A stretch of DNA of 64,000 bases from an uncultured bacterium (GCA_963843795.1 CAWJLW010000006.1:3112375-3176374), one strand, 5' to 3'; positions 1 through 10,294 are shown, counted from the first letter of the stretch. Program-made: numbers and translations. Notes: generated from the sequence alone by a model not told the origin.

Positions 1-548
1 GCACTCGCAGTTGCGCCTTTGAGGCCGCCCGGCTCTTCTGCTTTCTGCTTTTCCATCTGGGTTCCCACTTCGGGCGGCACCAAAGCGATGTCTTCGCCCA
101 GGGTGAAGCTTTCGGGAACGGGCATATAATGACGGCCCGACATCGCATCCGAGAACAGACCGCCCGAGACTTCGTAACCAACGATGTTGCCGTCATTATC
201 GAAGTAAATGTCGGAAAAAGTGCCTAAATCTTTGCCATCTGTGGTGTGAATCGGACGACCGACCAGCGTGTTTTCGCCTTCCAACTCTTCAGCGATTCGC
301 GGATCATCGTGCGCTTTAATCAAAGCATCACGCCCGCTCACCATCACATCGTCTTTGCCGATCACACGCACAGCTTCCCAAGGCACGACCTGAGCATCTA
401 TTAAACCAAACAATTCTTTTTCCGAAACCAACAAGCCCAGTACACGGCTAGTTTCATAATCGAAAATAAGTGTTCTGACTGCACCTAAATCGGCTCCATC
501 CGACTGACCGATCACTTTTAAGCCCGACATTGATTTACCTTTACGCAT
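1..548 (-). CDS. PRC-barrel domain protein (runs off left edge)
   Basis: Not in ORF track. Manual translation from ATG at 548 (SD AAGGAG) gives MRKGKSMSGLKVIGQSDGADLGAVRTLIFD...LVGRPIHTTDGKDLGTFSDIYFD, two PRC-barrel-like repeats. Confidence 0.75.
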   Translation of the reverse strand, partial: MRKGKSMSGLKVIGQSDGADLGAVRTLIFDYETSRVLGLLVSEKELFGLIDAQVVPWEAVRVIGKDDVMVSGRDALIKAHDDPRIAEELEGENTLVGRPIHTTDGKDLGTFSDIYFDNDGNIVGYEVSGGLFSDAMSGRHYMPVPESFTLGEDIALVPPEVGTQMEKQKAEEPGGLKGATAS

Positions 549-657
549 AATTTTCTCCTTTTAGAATCGTGTTTCTCTACTTTCTCAACAGCTTTTTAAA
601 TAGTTATCTGGTGCGTTGTATTAGTTGATTGTTATGTCTTCTAAAGCCACAACAGCC

Positions 658-687
658 AAACGCCCTGCAAGTACTTGCAGGGCGTTT
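658..687. terminator. 30-bp perfect palindrome built on the core motif; likely terminator
   Basis: aaacgccc-TGCAAGTACTTGCA-gggcgttt, just past the stop codon of 692..1180(-). Confidence 0.65.
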
Positions 688-691
688 AGAA

Positions 692-1180
692 TTAACGAGC
701 GGCGGGCATATTGGAGTTGGCAGTATCGGTGTCTCGGGAACTTGACATCGAATCACTTTTGCCCATCGGCGTCATCGTCACCCCCGCATTATCCGAGCTT
801 TGTATTGTCGAGCTTTCACCCGGCGTATCGGTCGTTGAATTCGTGCTGCCATCCGAACTTACGGAGTTGGAATTGGTATCCATCGAGCTTCCACCAGTTG
901 CATTTGCTTCGTTTGCATTCCCATCGCTTGCAGTTGCATCGGTCGCAGGAGCATCAGTGGCGTTGGCGCTCTCATCGCTCATAGCTGTGTTGCCATCTGG
1001 CGGCGGTGGCGGCGAGCCTGATGGCGGGCTGGACGCGCTGGGAACCGGCATCGCCGTGCTGGTTTCACTCGTGTTTTGGCTACTCATCGCGTACCAGGCG
1101 ACGCCAGCTACAATTACGACGCCTGCAATAATCATGGCGATTTTCGAAGTCTTGTTGGTTCCACCTTCTAAACGAGGCAT
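692..1180 (-). CDS. Hypothetical membrane-anchored low-complexity (S/T/P/N-rich) protein
   Basis: N-terminal TM segment IAMIIAGVVIVAGVAWYAM followed by a disordered tail; SD AGGGAG upstream. Confidence 0.7.
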   Translation of the reverse strand: MPRLEGGTNKTSKIAMIIAGVVIVAGVAWYAMSSQNTSETSTAMPVPSASSPPSGSPPPPPDGNTAMSDESANATDAPATDATASDGNANEANATGGSSMDTNSNSVSSDGSTNSTTDTPGESSTIQSSDNAGVTMTPMGKSDSMSSSRDTDTANSNMPAAR

Positions 1181-1308
1181 TTGCTCATCTCCCTGAACTT
1201 AAACGTTCAACTTTTACAGGATTCATTGTTGCAATTCAAGCTACTGCAAATTTTTACTGTAATCGAGCACAAAAATAGGGCAATTTACTTACTGACTTCC
1301 TAAGTTGA

Positions 1309-1324
1309 AGCAAAGGTCATGCCC
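1309..1324 (-). promoter_or_regulatory. Putative sigma-54 (-24/-12) promoter
   Basis: Minus strand GGGCATGACCTTTGCT = GG-N10-GC, upstream of 692..1180. Confidence 0.45.
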
Positions 1325-1417
1325 ACACGACAATCGCTATTCCTGCGCAATTTAACTATTTAAAGGCCAGTTTTCTATGCTAGACACTGAAAAATTGCCC
1401 GATTCGGCCCCCAGAGC

Positions 1418-1447
1418 TTGACAAAACCCTCCGCGCGCGCTCATAAT
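1418..1447 (+). promoter_or_regulatory. Putative sigma-70 promoter
   Basis: TTGACA-18 nt-CATAAT upstream of the gene at 1550. Confidence 0.55.
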
Positions 1448-1549
1448 AAAAACGGCATTTCACTGAGACGAGTGAACCGAAACCAAGAGTTGTAGCGAAG
1501 AGTTGCGGTGGAAGTTGCGTGCAGTGAGGTGTTGTGGGGAGGTAAGACA

Positions 1550-2398
1550 ATGGGTCAAGTATTAGAAAAAAATTCGTTGCGGCGCGGCGCGCTGTCGTCG
1601 CCAGCGCGAACGCTTCAAACGATCAAAACCAAATCTGTGGCGCCCAATTCGAATGCGCCCACAATTCATACGGGTGAGAAAATGGCGCTTAAAAATAAAA
1701 TTTCGGTAAGTGATGCAGAAACTGGTGACGAGAAGGTCGCCAAAGACGTGGCGAAAATCGGTGCCGCGAAAACGATTACCATGCAATCGTTGGGCGCGTG
1801 GGGCAAACATCTGGCGATGCGTCCGCAAGGGCGTCGCGTGCAACAAGAGATCGATACCTTGTTGCGCCAGTTGCCGCCCAACAGCGTTTTGGTGGTCGAT
1901 TTCGCGGGCGTCGAGATGATGGATTATTCGTTCGCCGATGAAGCGCTGGGCGCGATTTTTTCGCGGATGTCGGCGCGCGAATATCCCGACCGTTACATCG
2001 TTTTGGCCTCCGGCGAAGGCGAACTGGACGAAGCGCTGTTAGAAAACGTCGAAGTAGCCTTGCGCCAGCGCGACGTGGCAGCTCTGGTTCTGCCCAAAGA
2101 TCACATCAGCGAAGCGGGCAACACAATTTCGAGCGCTCTGCCGATTGTGCTGCGCGCCGAAGCCGCCGAAGATTGGCGGGTCGCGGGCACTTTGCCGCAA
2201 CATCTGGTTGATACGCTGCGCGCCGTAATGGAAAAGCAGCAGGTCACGGTGCGCGAACTGGCCGACGAATTGAAAATTGATTCGCCAACCGCGTGCAACA
2301 ATCGCATCGCGCGCTTGCATCAATTGCGCTTGGTGCGCCGCGAAGCCGCGATTGTGCCCGAAGGCGGGCGCCAATATTTTTATTCTTCGGTAATTTGA
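1550..2398 (+). CDS. STAS-like (DUF4325-like) domain plus C-terminal winged HTH protein
   Basis: VVDFAGVEMMDYSFADEALG is a STAS/DUF4325-type motif; TVRELADELKI...CNNRIARLHQLRLV is wHTH-like; SD GGAGGT before ATG 1550. Confidence 0.65.
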   Translation: MGQVLEKNSLRRGALSSPARTLQTIKTKSVAPNSNAPTIHTGEKMALKNKISVSDAETGDEKVAKDVAKIGAAKTITMQSLGAWGKHLAMRPQGRRVQQEIDTLLRQLPPNSVLVVDFAGVEMMDYSFADEALGAIFSRMSAREYPDRYIVLASGEGELDEALLENVEVALRQRDVAALVLPKDHISEAGNTISSALPIVLRAEAAEDWRVAGTLPQHLVDTLRAVMEKQQVTVRELADELKIDSPTACNNRIARLHQLRLVRREAAIVPEGGRQYFYSSVI

Positions 2399-2412
2399 CA
2401 ACCGAAGGTGGA

Positions 2413-2444
2413 AAAGAGTGCTGCAAGTACCTGCAGCACTCTTT
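2413..2444. repeat. Extended palindrome with a one-mismatch core
   Basis: aaagagtgcTGCA-AGTACC-TGCAgcactcttt. Confidence 0.85.
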
Positions 2445-2455
2445 GAAACGAAATT

Positions 2456-2938
2456 ATGGATACCGAACGTTTTCCGATCCTTATTAAAGACCTTTATCGC
2501 ACTATTGGCGAGCTGGAAGCGATGTTCACAACGGCTGATGGCAAAAAACGGCATTTCACTCCCGATGGCCAGATGGTCGGCAGCATTGGCGAAATTTTGG
2601 CCGCGTATCATTACGGCATTGAACTCTTTCCAGCCTCGCACGAAAAACATGATGGCAAAGTCGCTGAACGACACGTTCAGATCAAAGCGACACAACACTA
2701 TTCGATCAACATCAGCCATTCCGCGGACAACATTCCACCTGACAATTTGTTAGTTTTGAAAATTGGTAAGGAAGGTACGGCAGAAGAAATCTACAACGGC
2801 CCCGGCCAACCGGTTTGGGATTTGGTCAAAGACAAGCCCAAGATGAAAAATGGTCAAAATCAAATCAGTAATAAAAAGCTCAAGGATTTGATGGAGACCG
2901 TCGCGCCAGCCGATAAAATAAAGCGCATTCATCCCTAA
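2456..2938 (+). CDS. DUF6998-like hypothetical protein, possible PD-(D/E)XK fold
   Basis: HFTPDGQMVGSIGE...HDG...VQIKATQ pattern; family assignment from memory. Confidence 0.55.
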   Translation: MDTERFPILIKDLYRTIGELEAMFTTADGKKRHFTPDGQMVGSIGEILAAYHYGIELFPASHEKHDGKVAERHVQIKATQHYSINISHSADNIPPDNLLVLKIGKEGTAEEIYNGPGQPVWDLVKDKPKMKNGQNQISNKKLKDLMETVAPADKIKRIHP

Positions 2939-2967
2939 CTGGCTTTACTTTTTCCAGTCGCGAAGAT

Positions 2968-3003
2968 AAAAAGCGCCCTGCAAGTACTTGCAGGGCGCTT
3001 TTT
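2968..3003. terminator. 36-bp perfect palindrome; bidirectional terminator
   Basis: A5-gcgccc-core-gggcgc-T5 between convergent genes. Confidence 0.75.
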
Positions 3004-3007
3004 TGTC

Positions 3008-3817
3008 TCAGCTTTGTTCGTCCATCCATTCCTGCATATGTTGTAAATCGAATATTGGACGCGCGCTCAGGACACTACAAATGCTGACGATGCCGCCTTT
3101 TTTCGGGCGGCCTGTGACGACGCTGGCGTCGGCAACGATATCGACCGTCATACCCGAAGTTTGCACGCTGAGATGTAAAGTTTTCGCCTCGGTAATCGGA
3201 TTAGTCAAAGTGCCGCCGCCGACGACGGTGCCCGCAAAATTGGCGCGCACGCCAGGCATTTGTTCAGCAGGCACATCGAGTTCGGTCGCCACGAAATGAT
3301 GGGCGGCCAAGGTTTCGCTGTAGTTGGGCTGCGCGGCGTCGTAAGCGTCTTCGCTATCGTAGCAGCTCATGGTTTCGACGAAAGCGGCAATTTGCAAATC
3401 AAAAACAATCGGGCTTTGCGCGCGCTCGATGAGTGCATTTAGGCTGAAGTGAACGAAATCCCAATCGGGCACGCTCACGGCGAAGGGAAATGCGGTCGCG
3501 AAGTTGCCATCATCGGGCACCGTCCACACTTTCAAAACTCCGCCCAGGCTTTGGGCAATGTCATACCAATCGTTGAGACGAACCTTGACCGAATTTTGGC
3601 CGATGAAGTGCGGCGCGATGCTCAGAACGTGATGCTTTTCATTCAATGCAACCCAGACTTCGCAGCCGTTCCCAAGAGGCCAGTAAGCGTAATAACCACG
3701 CGGCGAAACTGGTTTCCAACCGTGTTCGTAGACGCGGTCGAGATACGGTTGCAACTGTTCGAAATTCTGGTGTTTGAAGCCGATGGCATTGAAAAGTTCG
3801 CTGTCCAGCATTGTCAT
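3008..3817 (-). CDS. Hypothetical protein
   Basis: 269-aa ORF with protein-like composition, co-oriented with the flippase gene. Confidence 0.7.
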   Translation of the reverse strand: MTMLDSELFNAIGFKHQNFEQLQPYLDRVYEHGWKPVSPRGYYAYWPLGNGCEVWVALNEKHHVLSIAPHFIGQNSVKVRLNDWYDIAQSLGGVLKVWTVPDDGNFATAFPFAVSVPDWDFVHFSLNALIERAQSPIVFDLQIAAFVETMSCYDSEDAYDAAQPNYSETLAAHHFVATELDVPAEQMPGVRANFAGTVVGGGTLTNPITEAKTLHLSVQTSGMTVDIVADASVVTGRPKKGGIVSICSVLSARPIFDLQHMQEWMDEQS

Positions 3818-3833
3818 CCTTCACCATTGTGAA

Positions 3834-5421
3834 TTAGCCGCGACTTAAGCGGCGTTGTGCGAACGCCAGCAGGGCGCGCGCGCCCTGACGTTCGTCGTTT
3901 TCTAAAACCTGAGTCCATAATAAGCGCATATATAAGCCCACAGCCAACGCAGTCGCGACGATTTCAATGGCAATTGACACGCGGCACAGCAACAAAAACA
4001 GCGGCGCAATTAAAGCGATCATCGCCAGCGCGTAAGCGCCACGCGCGCGAATGTGCGGTGAAAAGCCGACGCCAAACATCCGTTTGGCTAAGGGAAACAT
4101 CACGGCGCAAAACAAAATCACGCGTACATCGCGCGCGATGGCCGCCCCGATGCTGCCGCCCCACTGCGTTAAAACAGCGGTGTAAGCCAGAAATGGCACG
4201 CTTTCGCCCAAATGAAATTTCGCTGTTAAATCGCTGCGTCCGTGCGCCAGAATGAGGGTATAGGGAATATAAACCAGCATATTCAAAACCGTGCCCGCGA
4301 TTAGCCAGTAAAACGGCGGCACGATAGCCAGAGCATACGTCGGCCCAACCCAGAGCGCGAAAAAAGGACGCGCCACCATGCACATAATCATCGCAATCGG
4401 CGGCATCAAAAACAAAGTCAGGCGCACACAGCGCGAAATCAAGCGCTGCAAATCTTCTGTGCTATCAGAAACCAGCAAGCGACTGAATGCGGGCAGCAGG
4501 GCTTGCCCGAACGCTTGTGGCGCAATCAGCAAAACATTGGCGGCGGTCACGGCTAAGCCGTAATACGTGGCTTCGGTGATCGCCAAACGTCCGACCAACA
4601 ATTTATCGGCGTTGGCCAACAATTGGGCGGCAATGGCGGCGATGAAAGCCGGGCCGCCGTAACGAATCAGTGGCGCGGCCAATTCGCGCGACACCAGAGG
4701 CCGCGCCGCGCCCGCAACGACGCGCGCTGTCGCGCCATACAGGGTCAAGGTCAAAAAGTACGCTGATCAATGTGAACCAGAGAGCGCCCCACACCAAGCC
4801 GCCGAATTTCATCACGAGCGGCAATACCACGACTTGCAACAATGTGAAGCCACCGATGAGAAGGGTGTTCCAATCCAAACGCAAACGTGCTAACAATGGC
4901 GAATTGAAAATGTGCGTGCCCATGCGCACGCCAAAGCCCAGAGCCGCGATGCGTAGCGCCAAAATCGTTGGATTTTGTAATTCCGGCGATAAATTGCCAA
5001 AGAATTGCGTCACTAAAAACGGCGCGGCGATAACAGTTCCGCCCACGAAGATGCTGGCCGGAATCGCAGCCAATGCCAGCGAAGTCCAGACGACGGCGCG
5101 TTCGCGGCGCGCGTCGCCACGCGCGAAAGCATCGGCGCAAAAGCGCGTCGAAGCGGTGCCCATTCCGGCGTCGGCAAAGCCCAACGTGCCCATAATCGCC
5201 ATGATCAGCAGCCACGCACCGTTGGCTTCAGGGCCAAGGATACGCAGCAAAAATGGCGTCGCCACGAGGGAGGCCAGCAGCATGACGCCCTGTCCGCCCA
5301 AGCTCCACACGCTGCCGCGCACTACGCTGGTCGTGGTGCCACGATTATCCGGCGCAACAGTATCATCGGATGGTTTTTCAACAGTAGGTTCGACCGAAGT
5401 GGGTTCAACAAAAGTTGACAT
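3834..5421 (-). CDS. Wzx-type oligosaccharide flippase, split by a +1 indel at the A5 run 4753-4757
   Basis: Two hydrophobic ORFs (4603..5421 and 3834..4754) with LGFADAGMG and ANADKLLVGRL motifs; removing one base joins them as ISVLLTLTLY. Confidence 0.8.
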
Positions 5422-5472
5422 GAAAAAAACAACAAAACGCCCTGCAAGTACTTGCAGGGCGCAAAAAGCGAT

Positions 5473-6219
5473 TTATTTGCGCGCTGCAATGCGCAGATGC
5501 CGTTCGGCTTCGGTCACGATTTCAACACTGGCGAAACGATCGCGCAAAATTTCCAAACCATCGGTTTCTTTGCGCACATCCAAAATGAGCACGCCGCGTT
5601 CGCTTAATAGTCGATGCACTGGATCAATGTAAACCGAAACCGGATAATGAAAGCCCCACGAAATCAAGGACAGAATTAAATCTAAGGGCTGTTCAATGGG
5701 AATTTCGTTGCGGTCGTTGGCTTCCAACGGATGCACGCGCGTGGCCTCGACGCCATTGGCGACCAGCGTGCTTTTGGCTTCTTCGAGCGAATTGTAAAAC
5801 GCGCCCTTGCTTTTGTACATATAAAAAACTTCGTCTTCGACGCGACTTTTATCGAGCAAATAAACCTGCGGCGTTTGCTGTTTTTCTTGATAATGGCGAT
5901 GCAACATCACATCAATGCCAGCAATGCCACAACCGATGTCGAGCCACGAATCACACTGCTCTGGCAGATGGGAACGAAACGAATCGAGTTCGCGCCGCAT
6001 ATCTTCGCTGTAAAGTTTGCGCACGCGACTGGGGTCACGGCGCGCCTCGATATCGACCACGCGATTGTACAGCGGGAACTTATCGCCGATCAATTTATTG
6101 GCGACGCGATACAAAAACGTGTTCGGCAAGCGCAGATACGCAGTGCGCTGAAACAAAATATAAGGAATCGCGGCGTCGGAAATCTGCAAGTCATCGTTGA
6201 AATTCATCGGCATAAGCAT
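5473..6219 (-). CDS. Class I SAM-dependent methyltransferase
   Basis: WLDIGCGIAG motif I; SLISWGFHYP; start codon uncertain. Confidence 0.8.
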   Translation of the reverse strand: MLMPMNFNDDLQISDAAIPYILFQRTAYLRLPNTFLYRVANKLIGDKFPLYNRVVDIEARRDPSRVRKLYSEDMRRELDSFRSHLPEQCDSWLDIGCGIAGIDVMLHRHYQEKQQTPQVYLLDKSRVEDEVFYMYKSKGAFYNSLEEAKSTLVANGVEATRVHPLEANDRNEIPIEQPLDLILSLISWGFHYPVSVYIDPVHRLLSERGVLILDVRKETDGLEILRDRFASVEIVTEAERHLRIAARK

Positions 6220-6392
6220 ACCCAATTTTCAGCGAAGCGGGGAGAGATGAAAGGGAAGATAGAAAGACCCGCGCTGCAAGTACTTGCAGCGCGCAACCGC
6301 GCATTTTGCGCCGTTCGTCTTCCCGATTTCTCTCCGCTCACATCTTACGGTAAAATAAAAAGTTCACTTTTTCAAAATTACAGGACACCCTT

Positions 6393-7142
6393 ATGGCTGG
6401 ACATTCCAAGTGGAAAAACATTCGTTTGCACAAAGGCAAAGCCGACGTTGAACGCGGCAAAGTTTTCGGACGTTTGTCGCGCGAACTGACTATCGCTGCG
6501 CGTATGGGCGGCGGCAGCACAGATTCCAATGCGCGTTTGCGCTTAGCGGTCGAGAAAGCTAAAGAAAGCTCGATGCCCGCCGATAATATCAAGCGCGCCA
6601 TTCAAAAAGGCACCGGCGAACTGGAAGGCGCGGGCGATTACGAAGAAATTACCTACGAAGGTTACGGGCCGGGCGGCGTGGCGGTTTTGGTCGAAGTCGC
6701 AACCGATAATCGCAATCGCACCGTGAGCGAAGTGCGCAGCGCTTTTGGCAAAAACGGCGGCAATTTGGGCGAAAACGGCAGCGTGTCTTGGCAGTTCGAG
6801 CGCAAAGGCGTGATTGTCATCGAAGACGCAGGCGAACTCGGCGAAGATGAACTCATGGAAATCGCGCTGGAAAACGGTGCGGAAGATTTTTCCAACAGCA
6901 ACGGCACTTTTGAAATCACCTGCGCGCCGGAAGATTTTGAAACCCTCACCAATGCTTTGAAAAAACGCGATCTAGTTCTGAGTTCTTCCGAACTTTCGAT
7001 GGTCGCGCAAAACACTATCACGCTCGAAGGCGAAGATGCGCGCAAAATGTTGAAATTAATGGATGTGCTGGAAGATTTGGACGACGTGCAAAAAGTCGCC
7101 GCCAACCTTGATATTGCCGATGATGATATCGATGAGGCTTGA
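6393..7142 (+). CDS. yebC: YebC/PmpR family protein
   Basis: MAGHSKWKNI, YEGYGPGG and TDNRNRT signatures. Confidence 0.95.
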   Translation: MAGHSKWKNIRLHKGKADVERGKVFGRLSRELTIAARMGGGSTDSNARLRLAVEKAKESSMPADNIKRAIQKGTGELEGAGDYEEITYEGYGPGGVAVLVEVATDNRNRTVSEVRSAFGKNGGNLGENGSVSWQFERKGVIVIEDAGELGEDELMEIALENGAEDFSNSNGTFEITCAPEDFETLTNALKKRDLVLSSSELSMVAQNTITLEGEDARKMLKLMDVLEDLDDVQKVAANLDIADDDIDEA

Positions 7143-7359
7143 ATCGGTGTGCAAGTACTTGTAGCGTCAAATCGCGAAGCCGATGCGACCTGAGCGCATG
7201 TTATGCGTTTAGATGCGTGCGTTTGAATGCGGCATTCATTCAAAAAAGTGCTTACTTTATTCGGACGGTGGAAGCCGGATGGACACTTGTGTGCTCACCG
7301 GCAAGTACTTGCGGTGTTATAATTTCGCCGGTTTATGTATTGAATTAAAAATGTTTTTT

Positions 7360-8721
7360 ATGGAGAAGAAAATTTTGCAGTTACAAAATAATAACGAGCG
7401 TTTCCTGACGCGCAGCTTTTCGCGAAGTGTTTCGCGCGGTGCGTGGTTGCTGGCGACGGCAGGCATTTTGGGCTTGGGCATCGTGAGCGGCTGTGGCAAC
7501 AATGGCGGCGGCGCAACGACAGCGGGCGGCACTGCGGTCGAAGTCAATCCCGACACAGCACTGGCGACGGTGGGCGATGAAACCATCAACAAGAAAGAAA
7601 TGTATGCGCTGCTGGAAGCCAATTATGGCACCAGTGCGCTTTCGCAGCTCATCGACTACACGCTGCTGATGCAAAAAGCCAAAGCCGAAGGCGTCGAAGT
7701 GAGCGATGCAGAAGTCAAAGCCGCCATCGAAGAGCGCGCCAAAGAAACTCCCCAAGTCGCCGAGATTCAGAAAAAAGGTGGCGCACAGCTGGAGGCCTTG
7801 GATCGTCAGGTCCGTTTGCAGCTGACGGTTGACAATTTGTTGACCAAAGACATCAAAGTCGACCCCAAAGCCTACGAAGCGTGGTTGAAAAAGAATCAGG
7901 CCAAATACGCGGTGCCCGAAACCGTCAAACTCGGCGTTTTGTTCGCCTCGACTCAGGCTCGTGCCGATGTTTTAGCCCAACAGTTGAAAAGCGGCAAAAC
8001 GTTTCTGGAACTGGTCAAAGCACAAAAAGACACCAAAGATCCCATCGCCGCTGGCAGCATCGCCGACACCACGGAAAACGCTCCCGAAGGCTCGCCCACA
8101 GGCGGCTATCTGCCGGTCAGCGAACTGCCCGCTGAAATGAAAAAAGCGCTGTCCGAACTCAAAGCGGGCGAAACCAGTGGTATCGTGCAATTGAAGGGCG
8201 CGCGTCCGGCGTTCGCGATTGTCAAGCTGCTCGACCGCAAAGCCGGTGTGTCGGCCAAAGCCGAAGATGCCAAGCCAAAGTTGGAATACAAGCTCGAACA
8301 GGTTGCGCGCGGTCTGGTAAAAGAAAATCCGGGCAACCCGAATTTCGACCAAACTCTCACTCAGGTCGAGCAAGCAATTCAACAGCAGAATATGCAGTCC
8401 GGCAATTTCACACCGCCGACCAATCGTCAAGTGCTGGATTACATCAACCAAACTGCCGTGCAAAAATTGCTGACCGGTTTGCGCAGCGGCACCAAAGTCG
8501 AAATCAAAGATCCTACCTATTCGTCGGTTGCCGAAAATTATAAACCCGCACCGACGCCCGCCGCCAACGCTGGAACTGCTGGCGGAGCCGTTCCGCCCGC
8601 AGGGGAAGCACCGACCGGTAATGCAGCTTCTGCCGCGCCCGCAGGGGAAGCGCCGACAAGTGAAGCACCCGCGACGGGAAATTCGGTTTCCGAAGCGCCC
8701 GCGACCAACTCCGCGCCTTAA
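7360..8721 (+). CDS. PrsA/SurA-like PpiC peptidyl-prolyl isomerase lipoprotein
   Basis: Lipobox IVSG-C, ATVGDETI, SurA-like N domain, parvulin-like region, P/A-rich tail; start uncertain. Confidence 0.75.
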   Translation: MEKKILQLQNNNERFLTRSFSRSVSRGAWLLATAGILGLGIVSGCGNNGGGATTAGGTAVEVNPDTALATVGDETINKKEMYALLEANYGTSALSQLIDYTLLMQKAKAEGVEVSDAEVKAAIEERAKETPQVAEIQKKGGAQLEALDRQVRLQLTVDNLLTKDIKVDPKAYEAWLKKNQAKYAVPETVKLGVLFASTQARADVLAQQLKSGKTFLELVKAQKDTKDPIAAGSIADTTENAPEGSPTGGYLPVSELPAEMKKALSELKAGETSGIVQLKGARPAFAIVKLLDRKAGVSAKAEDAKPKLEYKLEQVARGLVKENPGNPNFDQTLTQVEQAIQQQNMQSGNFTPPTNRQVLDYINQTAVQKLLTGLRSGTKVEIKDPTYSSVAENYKPAPTPAANAGTAGGAVPPAGEAPTGNAASAAPAGEAPTSEAPATGNSVSEAPATNSAP

Positions 8722-8734
8722 ACTTCGTAGTAGA

Positions 8735-8768
8735 ACAACGGCTCCATCCACGCGGATGGAGCCGTTGT
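8735..8768. terminator. Stem-loop after the foldase gene
   Basis: acaacggctccatcc-acgc-ggatggagccgttgt, 15-bp stem. Confidence 0.55.
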
Positions 8769-8806
8769 CGTTTCAACTCGCTGCAAGTACTTGCAGACAC
8801 TTTCTT

Positions 8807-9637
8807 ATGAATTCTCCGCAAGACAAAACACACCGCCCGACGGTTGCCTCAGCGTTCGCGCGTTTGGCTACAATCGTGGCGCAACTCCGCGCGCCCGATG
8901 GTTGCCCTTGGGATCGCGAGCAAACTCACGAAACCCTGCGCCCGCATTTAATTGAGGAAGCCTACGAAGTTTTGCACGCCATCGAAACGCGCGATGATGA
9001 AAACCTGTGCGAAGAGTTGGGCGATTTAATGCTGCAACCGGTTCTGCACGCGCAAATCGCTGAGGAAGAAAACCGTTTCGATATCGTCGATGTGCTGGAA
9101 AACATCAGCGACAAATTAGTGCGCCGTCATCCGCATATTTTTGGCGATGTCAACGTTCGAGATAGCACGCAAGTACTGGCCAACTGGGAAGCCATCAAAA
9201 CACAAGAAAAAGCTGGTAGAACTGCGCCCGAAAATCAATCGGTTTTGGACGAAGTGCCACGCGGTTTGCCCGCGCTTTCGCTGGCGATGGAAATTTCCAA
9301 AAAAGCCGCGCGTCAAGGTTTCGAGTGGCCCGATGTGAGTGGCGTACTGGACAAAGTACGCGAAGAAATCGACGAACTTGAAAACGCGATGCAGCACGAG
9401 TCGCGCGAACGCGTCGGCGAAGAATTGGGCGATTTATTGTTCACCTTAGTCAATGTAGCGCGCTGGCAAAAAATCGACCCGGAAATCACTCTGCGCGACA
9501 TGACACGCCGCTTTTCACAACGCTTTAGTACAATGGAAAAACTGGCCCGCGAACGCAATTTGGAATTAGCACAATTATCGCCCAAAATGTGGGACGAGCT
9601 GTGGAACAGCGTGAAAGTCTCGGAAAATTCCCAGTGA
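8807..9637 (+). CDS. mazG: Nucleoside triphosphate pyrophosphohydrolase MazG
   Basis: LRAPDGCPWDREQT, EELGDL twice, RRHPHIF. Confidence 0.93.
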   Translation: MNSPQDKTHRPTVASAFARLATIVAQLRAPDGCPWDREQTHETLRPHLIEEAYEVLHAIETRDDENLCEELGDLMLQPVLHAQIAEEENRFDIVDVLENISDKLVRRHPHIFGDVNVRDSTQVLANWEAIKTQEKAGRTAPENQSVLDEVPRGLPALSLAMEISKKAARQGFEWPDVSGVLDKVREEIDELENAMQHESRERVGEELGDLLFTLVNVARWQKIDPEITLRDMTRRFSQRFSTMEKLARERNLELAQLSPKMWDELWNSVKVSENSQ

Positions 9638-9652
9638 AATAGCGGTAGTTGT

Positions 9653-9690
9653 TAAAAAACCTCCTGCAAGTACTTGCAGGAGGTTTTTTA
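9653..9690. terminator. 38-bp perfect palindrome; bidirectional terminator
   Basis: tA6-cctcc-core-ggagg-T6a between convergent mazG and SRPBCC genes. Confidence 0.75.
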
Positions 9691-9704
9691 GCGCAATCCT
9701 GAAT

Positions 9705-10244
9705 TTAGCTGTCGGTCGATTCCGAACCGGTGACAGTTGCACCACCGCGTTGTTCCGTGGTGACAGTATTGGTGTAAGAACCTTCGCCCACAGCGGGCGA
9801 ACCGCTGGTCATCGCACCGAAATCGCTGCCTTCGGCAACTTTTTTGAAGCGACCCAAATCTTCGGCCAACTGCGTTTCCGGATTCGACAACAGTTTGGCA
9901 ACGGCTTCGCCAATAGCGCCACCGGGAGGCGTATATTCCAAACCGACGGTAACTTTGGTTTGTTCGCCCTGACTTTCAAAAGTAACGGCGCCATGCGTTT
10001 CGATGTCGCCGCGCACGCTTTGCCAGGCAATTTTATGGTTTTCTTGCGCGCTGATGGTTTTGGCGTCCCATTCGATAGTTTTTCCCAACGGGCCTTTCAT
10101 CTTCCAATGTGACTGGTCGGGGCCAGTGCTTTCAATGCTTTCGATGTTGTCCATGAAGCGTGGAAAGTTCTCGAAGTTGCGCCAGAATTCATAGACTTTC
10201 TCGACCGGTGCGTTTACTAAAACTTCTTTTACTACATTAGCCAT
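9705..10244 (-). CDS. SRPBCC family (cyclase/dehydrase-like) protein
   Basis: VNAPVEKVYEFWRNFENFPRFM; SD AAGGAG before ATG 10244. Confidence 0.88.
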   Translation of the reverse strand: MANVVKEVLVNAPVEKVYEFWRNFENFPRFMDNIESIESTGPDQSHWKMKGPLGKTIEWDAKTISAQENHKIAWQSVRGDIETHGAVTFESQGEQTKVTVGLEYTPPGGAIGEAVAKLLSNPETQLAEDLGRFKKVAEGSDFGAMTSGSPAVGEGSYTNTVTTEQRGGATVTGSESTDS

Positions 10245-10294
10245 AATGATTTTCTCCTTAAAATGTGATGCCTTTTTGAGCTGACACCCACTTT

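Noticed and set aside
2413..3003. Integron cassette with attC sites
   Set aside because: No proper RYYYAAC/GTTRRRY box pair, no extrahelical-base pattern, no integrase; the same motif flanks core genes.
4753..4757. Phase variation or programmed frameshift in the flippase
   Set aside because: The run is only five bases with no slippery heptamer, and similar indels occur in unrelated genes.
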